The position numbers were made by a program, and so were the translations under genes. The notes beneath the pieces were generated by a model. It saw only the letters and a list, made by a program, of their open reading frames with translations. It was not told where the DNA came from and did not search any database. From positions 129,148 through 193,147 of the forward strand of contig MFGJ01000008.1 of NCBI GenBank assembly GCA_001778235.1: a stretch of DNA of 64,000 nucleotides, given 5' to 3'. Below, piece by piece: positions 59,038 to 64,000 of this stretch (the first letter of the stretch is position 1; each line of letters begins with the position of its first letter). This stretch comes from Candidatus Falkowbacteria bacterium RIFOXYC2_FULL_36_12 (GTDB lineage: Bacteria; Patescibacteriota; Patescibacteriia; UBA11705).

Positions 59038-60387
59038 CTATTCCATTGAAACTTCATCCAATAAAGTTTTTAGCGCCTCTTCACTGATAACCGGCGGAAC
59101 TCCAGCTTCGGTTGGAGGTAAAGCTAAACACTTGGTCTTATAATCAAAAAATTCTCCGTCAGGAACAGCCACTGAAACAGTTAAATAATCAGCCTTGTAA
59201 GTTTGTGTTAGCTTAAGATATGAGTTGATGCCACCTTTAGAGTTCTCCAATTTCTTCGCACTCAATTGAAATGTTATAATCCCACCAGCTTGTTTTTTCC
59301 TCCTTTGGATATCTGCAATCACTTCAAAATCAGAAAACCCATATTTTGCAAACAACTTATTGATTGAGTCCAACTTCTCAACATTTTTTTCTTTTATCTC
59401 TGATTGTTCCCGTTCCCACTCCTGATAACTCCCATAAATCTCATTCGCTTCAGTTTCAGGTTGCTTATCTGCATCAAGAGCTAACTTCTCCAACAAGTCT
59501 CTACCTTGTTCACTATCAAGATCCAACAACTCTCCAATCCCTCTATTTTCCGCAAAATCAATAGTCTGCGGTTCAGCCATTTTAAAATCTTTAGTTCCAT
59601 CTTTTTTAAATAATGTTATAGTCCCACGACCATGACGAACAGCTTCGGTTCCATATGAGAAAAAATAACTTTTATTATTTATTTCAATTTCTCCTCTCAC
59701 ATGAAAATTCACGCGATCGCTAATACCAGCAGGGGTCATTTCTATCTTCAAATTTGATAAACCAATTTTTTTTAACACTGTCTTTACATCCTCTATCACT
59801 TGTTCCTCTTCTGTTTCAAATTTGAGCATTGTTTCAGCACCACCACACTCATACTCAATCCTCTGAACTATTTGTGTTTTATCTATTGATGAAACTGATT
59901 CTGAATAAATAAAGTTAACAATCATATCATCAACACTTCTAGGCCCAGAATCTTTTTTTGGGACACCAGCTATAAGTGACTCTACATAATCAGAATCAAA
60001 ATCATTTATCATTTGATCAACACTTCTATACCCAGAATCTTTTTTTGGGCCAGCAACTGTACTGACTTCTAAATGATCAGAATCATCCATCATTTGATCA
60101 GCACCTGTATCCCCAGAATCTTTTTCTTGGTCAACTCTAGCAGGAACATCTTTATCCGCCATTAATGCCGTAGCCACATTTTCTTGTGATGTTGCCTCTG
60201 CGAGTTCCTCTGCTCTACTTGCTTTTTGTTTGTCATAATACTCTTGTCGTTCATCTTCGGTTAATTGTTCTTCAATTTTTTTCTTACCAAACATGTCAGC
60301 CATTCTGCCGGCAAGACCAATTGGTTTTTTGTCTGTCATAAATTTATTATTAATTATTTTATTCTCTACTACCTGATTTTGATCCAA
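59038..60387 (-). CDS. hypothetical acidic protein with an internal duplicated segment (KKDSGYRSVDQMINDF / KKDSGPRSVDDMIVNF)
   Basis: ORF with its own terminator. No family recognised. Confidence 0.45.
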   Translation of the reverse strand: MDQNQVVENKIINNKFMTDKKPIGLAGRMADMFGKKKIEEQLTEDERQEYYDKQKASRAEELAEATSQENVATALMADKDVPARVDQEKDSGDTGADQMMDDSDHLEVSTVAGPKKDSGYRSVDQMINDFDSDYVESLIAGVPKKDSGPRSVDDMIVNFIYSESVSSIDKTQIVQRIEYECGGAETMLKFETEEEQVIEDVKTVLKKIGLSNLKIEMTPAGISDRVNFHVRGEIEINNKSYFFSYGTEAVRHGRGTITLFKKDGTKDFKMAEPQTIDFAENRGIGELLDLDSEQGRDLLEKLALDADKQPETEANEIYGSYQEWEREQSEIKEKNVEKLDSINKLFAKYGFSDFEVIADIQRRKKQAGGIITFQLSAKKLENSKGGINSYLKLTQTYKADYLTVSVAVPDGEFFDYKTKCLALPPTEAGVPPVISEEALKTLLDEVSME

Positions 60388-60418
60388 CTATTGAGAGTAC
60401 TCCAAATAAATCATCTTC

Positions 60419-61276
60419 TTATAATTTAATATCTCTAAATTTAGGTTTATTACCATAAGGTGTCAAAAAAGTGCTGGTTAGTTCAAAAATTTGTCTTTTC
60501 TCAAACTCCGACATCAAAACAAGCAGTAATGACTTAAAATTGGACATAAATTTTTCAATCTTGAACTTATCAAAATTGAAAACACACTTATCATCAATGC
60601 ATCTCTTTTCAATCAAATTAATTTTGCTTTTAGCCTTATAATACTCCTCCAAAAGATTCTCTCTGCTTTCATCATTTAGAATCAATAAAACAAATTTCTG
60701 CAAAACTTCATCCTTGTTAAAATCATGCCACAATCCTGATAATTTTGCGAGTTGAATATCCACAAGTTCTTTCGTCAACAGCTCAATTTTTTGTCTCTCA
60801 TTATCAAAATCAACCAATAATCTATACATCGTCAAATAATATTCAAGCACATACATCATTCCTTCTGTCTTAAACAAACGATGATCATATTCATTTTGAT
60901 CCGACTCGGTTTTCTGTTGCTTCAAATATTCTCGCTTTGATTTCATTGAATCAAAAACCAACGCTCGATCATAAAATCCGTTCACTGCCTGATGGAAATC
61001 TTTTACTTTTGGTTCACTCGCTTTATGCTTCAAAACAAATCTGCTGATAAATTGTAACAACTTTGCTATTTTCAATTCATCAAAATCCTTACCTTGCAAC
61101 AACTCAATCAATTCCAGCAAATTTGATTTTGTTTCACCTTCTTGAGGTAAACCATCTGTAATAATTCTAACCGCATCTATCGCTTCATCAATAATTACTT
61201 TATTTGTTTCATCAAATAATATTAATGGCTTTTCCTCTCCAATTTTCGCTAAAGCAATTAGCTTGTCTATTTTCAT
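60419..61276 (-). CDS. hypothetical protein
   Basis: 285-aa ORF. No motif recognised. Confidence 0.4.
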   Translation of the reverse strand: MKIDKLIALAKIGEEKPLILFDETNKVIIDEAIDAVRIITDGLPQEGETKSNLLELIELLQGKDFDELKIAKLLQFISRFVLKHKASEPKVKDFHQAVNGFYDRALVFDSMKSKREYLKQQKTESDQNEYDHRLFKTEGMMYVLEYYLTMYRLLVDFDNERQKIELLTKELVDIQLAKLSGLWHDFNKDEVLQKFVLLILNDESRENLLEEYYKAKSKINLIEKRCIDDKCVFNFDKFKIEKFMSNFKSLLLVLMSEFEKRQIFELTSTFLTPYGNKPKFRDIKL

Positions 61277-61333
61277 AAAAATCTAATATTAATTATTATA
61301 TCAAATTTTAGACTAATTTACCAAAACAAAAAA

Positions 61334-61355
61334 CCGAAGCAAATTTATACTTCGG
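61334..61355 (-). terminator. Rho-independent terminator (ccgaag...cttcgg + T6 on the minus strand)
   Basis: 6-bp stem with a 10-nt loop. On the minus strand it is followed by ttttttgtttt. Confidence 0.5.
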
Positions 61356-61374
61356 AATTCTTTTAATAATTTTT

Positions 61375-63201
61375 TTAATTCCTATTACGATACTTATTCA
61401 TTTCTCCACTTCGACTCAAATGCTCTTGTGCCAAGGCAAAAACCTCTTCAGGCGTAATCCCAAAATCACCATTGATATAAATCACAAAATCATTCTGATG
61501 GATAAAGACCTCTTCTTCAAGTGGCTCTCTACCAATCACTTTTGCTACCATTTCACGAAGCACTTCAACCAACCTTCTCATCCCTGACACATGACCACAT
61601 TCATTGGTAATAGTGATACCAATTGTTGGCCGTTCAGGATTTGAGGAGATAAACACATCCCAATGCTTTTTCCACTGGTTAACATAACCACGAAGTCTTT
61701 GAGATTCATTGCTATCAGACCCAATCAGAGCAAACATCAAACCATCTTTTTCAACTTCTTCAGCATCATCAGTCAGATACTGAAAACCTTTATTAATGGA
61801 CAATGCCGAGAAAAACCCTTCAATCAAAACATAACCAATCTTCACAATCTGAACCGCTCTCATAAATTTCGGCATGTTTTCAATTGCCATAATAAAATGA
61901 TACGGTGCCAGATGATTCCACTCAAATCTGATGACCTCTCCAATCTGATCACAAACATCCTGATAATGAGCTTCCAAAGCCTCACACACACTCTCAACCA
62001 CCGCAAATCTTCTCACTCCACCATAAATATGATTCACCATCATCAGCATATTCTGCATCTTGGCTCGAGTCATTTCCGGCAAATAAAAATATTGATAAAT
62101 ACATTCAGTCAATGTCCAAAACGGGAAATCATTTGCATTCTGATCAAAAACCAAATGTTCAGCGCTGAAATATCCACCAGTACCCAGATGAATAACCAAA
62201 TCATCTTGCTCTGGCAAAAATTCCTTGTCATAATCCCAAATTGTTTTTCCACCAGATACTTCTATTACCGTTACACTTTCACGATCAAGAGGATTCAAAT
62301 GCATAATTCTGCAGATAAAAGCAAACGCCGAGGCAACATCTCCATCAATCTTATCAGGAACAATGATATAGGTATGTAGCACTTGCATCATTTGTCCAAT
62401 TGGCAATCTCTGATTAATGCTCATTCTTGAAGGATATGCTTCATCAACCCGATCATTGATAGCCATCAATGGTTCGAGCTTCAGGAATTGAATCATATTC
62501 TCGTTTTCATATTCCTGACAAACCGGATCTTCCACTACCACTTCTCTCAAGTCAGCCAGCCGATCTCTTGTGTTAATTTTTTCATAATTATCAATATACC
62601 CTTGCAAAACCGACAAACCCACAATCATCTTAAAATAATCACTAGTGCCTTCAGGCAACTGGCGGATAACTTTTTCCAAATATTCAATCCCGAATTGCGC
62701 TGGGACAAAACGACCAGTACCATTTGTCAAACGCTTTGCCACACGACCAAGCTGTTTGACCAATTCATAATTTTCACCAGTCATTCTACCAATCTTACTA
62801 TCCACCAAATTAACATAATCTCTGATTTCAATGATATGCGGTGGGATATAACTCCGATGAGAATAAAAAACTTCAACCATTGCATGAGTTGCAGAATGTA
62901 CAGGACAACCAACAAAATGATGATCAAAAAATCCATTTTCTGGATCAAGTCTTCGACCAGTATCACAATGAATCACAATTCTGCCATTACTTTCACCATC
63001 ATAGGTCATTCCATGTGAAACAAACATATAAGTCACTCTATCACTTCTGATATCAACCTCATTGGCTTCACAAAAAACCTGTACCGGTGCAACACAATCA
63101 CGATCAATATCAACATGTACTACAAAAAGAAAGTTAGCATCAAATGGGTATGAAATCCTAATCCTACGAAGTTCTTCGAGTGTCATAATATTGCCGGACA
63201 T
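61375..63201 (-). CDS. hypothetical 608-aa protein with DHH-like motifs in its N-terminal region
   Basis: VVHVDIDRD and FFDHHF resemble DHH phosphoesterase motifs I and III. The rest is unassigned. Confidence 0.4.
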   Translation of the reverse strand: MSGNIMTLEELRRIRISYPFDANFLFVVHVDIDRDCVAPVQVFCEANEVDIRSDRVTYMFVSHGMTYDGESNGRIVIHCDTGRRLDPENGFFDHHFVGCPVHSATHAMVEVFYSHRSYIPPHIIEIRDYVNLVDSKIGRMTGENYELVKQLGRVAKRLTNGTGRFVPAQFGIEYLEKVIRQLPEGTSDYFKMIVGLSVLQGYIDNYEKINTRDRLADLREVVVEDPVCQEYENENMIQFLKLEPLMAINDRVDEAYPSRMSINQRLPIGQMMQVLHTYIIVPDKIDGDVASAFAFICRIMHLNPLDRESVTVIEVSGGKTIWDYDKEFLPEQDDLVIHLGTGGYFSAEHLVFDQNANDFPFWTLTECIYQYFYLPEMTRAKMQNMLMMVNHIYGGVRRFAVVESVCEALEAHYQDVCDQIGEVIRFEWNHLAPYHFIMAIENMPKFMRAVQIVKIGYVLIEGFFSALSINKGFQYLTDDAEEVEKDGLMFALIGSDSNESQRLRGYVNQWKKHWDVFISSNPERPTIGITITNECGHVSGMRRLVEVLREMVAKVIGREPLEEEVFIHQNDFVIYINGDFGITPEEVFALAQEHLSRSGEMNKYRNRN

Positions 63202-63397
63202 CTTTCACCCTCTTTCCTCCATCTGCTGTTTGCAGTTTTCCCAACCTAGATTTTCAAGGTTCTTTCTAACAACCAATTTTAACACAAGAAACAAAAAATG
63301 TCAAGTATTTAACTAGATTTACACAAAATTTAACTAAATCTAGCCTATTTTATTTTATATTGCACAAAACCAGTTTTTGTAGTAAAATTAGTTCATT

Positions 63398-64000
63398 ATG
63401 AAACAAATTAAACCTGAATTATTAGCTCCAGCTGGCAATCTGAAAAAACTTCAATACGCTATTGCTTATGGTGCTGACGCAATTTACTGCGGTCTGCCAG
63501 AATTTTCCTTGAGATATAGGATAAATATGTTTGATTACAAAACCCTAAAACAAGGAATTGATTTTGCCCACAAACACAATAAAAAAGTTTATATTACCGT
63601 CAATATTTATCCCCATAAACAACATCTGACTAAACTGGCTAAACACATTACAAAATTAAAAACCATCAAACCCGATGCTCTAATTGTCTCCGACCCAGGA
63701 ATTTTATCCTATATAAAAGAAGTCTGGCCAAATATCCATATTCATCTTTCAACCCAAGCCAACTGCACCAATTGGCGATCTGCAAAATTCTGGTTTGAAC
63801 AGGGTGTTAAACGAATCATTCTCGCCCGTGAAACTACCTTGGATGATATAAAAGAAATTCATAAAAATGTTCCCGAATTAGAACTGGAAACTTTTGTTCA
63901 TGGTGCAATGTGCATGTCATATTCTGGTCGTTGTATCTTATCAAAATGGTTTACTGATCGTTCAGCTAACCTTGGTGACTGTTCACAGCCATGTCGTTGG
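63398..64000 (+). CDS. peptidase U32 family protein (5' part; runs off the window)
   Basis: ELLAPAGNLKKLQYAIAYGADAIYCG N-terminus and CxxxxxC...C pattern typical of the U32/YhbU family. Confidence 0.7.
   Translation, partial: MKQIKPELLAPAGNLKKLQYAIAYGADAIYCGLPEFSLRYRINMFDYKTLKQGIDFAHKHNKKVYITVNIYPHKQHLTKLAKHITKLKTIKPDALIVSDPGILSYIKEVWPNIHIHLSTQANCTNWRSAKFWFEQGVKRIILARETTLDDIKEIHKNVPELELETFVHGAMCMSYSGRCILSKWFTDRSANLGDCSQPCRW

Noticed and set aside
1-64000. Searched by eye for rRNA, tmRNA, RNase P or SRP RNA signatures and for CRISPR arrays
   Set aside because: None recognised. The only RNA genes supported are the two tRNAs, and the repeats found are of other kinds.

Overview
The window is a low-GC bacterial segment read with the standard genetic code, and its gene content and architecture suggest a Candidate Phyla Radiation / Patescibacteria-type genome. 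The backbone on the minus strand is an aminoacyl-tRNA synthetase operon (valS-tyrS-hyp-argS) followed by a near-complete str/S10/spc ribosomal cluster (rpsL-rpsG-fusA-[hyp]-tuf-rpsJ-rplC...rplO-secY-adk-map) and then ruvX/recO. L30 (rpmD) is absent between rpsE and rplO, and several r-proteins carry Lys/Glu-rich tails. Two tRNAs, Ile(UAU) and Val(GAC), abut a three-gene hypothetical cassette. A zinc-ribbon L28 gene (rpmB, 30535..30711) was missed by the ORF track. The second half holds uvrB, uvrA and uvrC, an oxidative-stress/dNTP block (Fur/PerR-like regulator with a Fur-box, 2-Cys peroxiredoxin, Fe/Mn SOD, nrdAB, bcp) and many hypothetical genes. The most unusual observations are:
- an approximately 195-aa histidine-phosphatase (RHG...SHG) domain inserted inside ValRS;
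- a dispersed family of 9-bp (GTACTCGCT-like) tandem repeats, one copy in frame inside argS;
- a strongly GC-rich, evidently foreign ORF with a consensus promoter wedged between uvrA and uvrC, followed by two tandem ~190-nt structured repeats that show compensatory base changes;
- an IS200/RAYT-like HUH transposase whose coding sequence carries a GTAG-initiated 11-bp REP-like palindrome and a 42-nt in-frame tandem duplication;
- an 850-aa protein with about 22 near-identical 20-aa Leu-rich repeats.
All coordinates and motif calls come from reading the sequence by eye; no database searches or folding programs were run.
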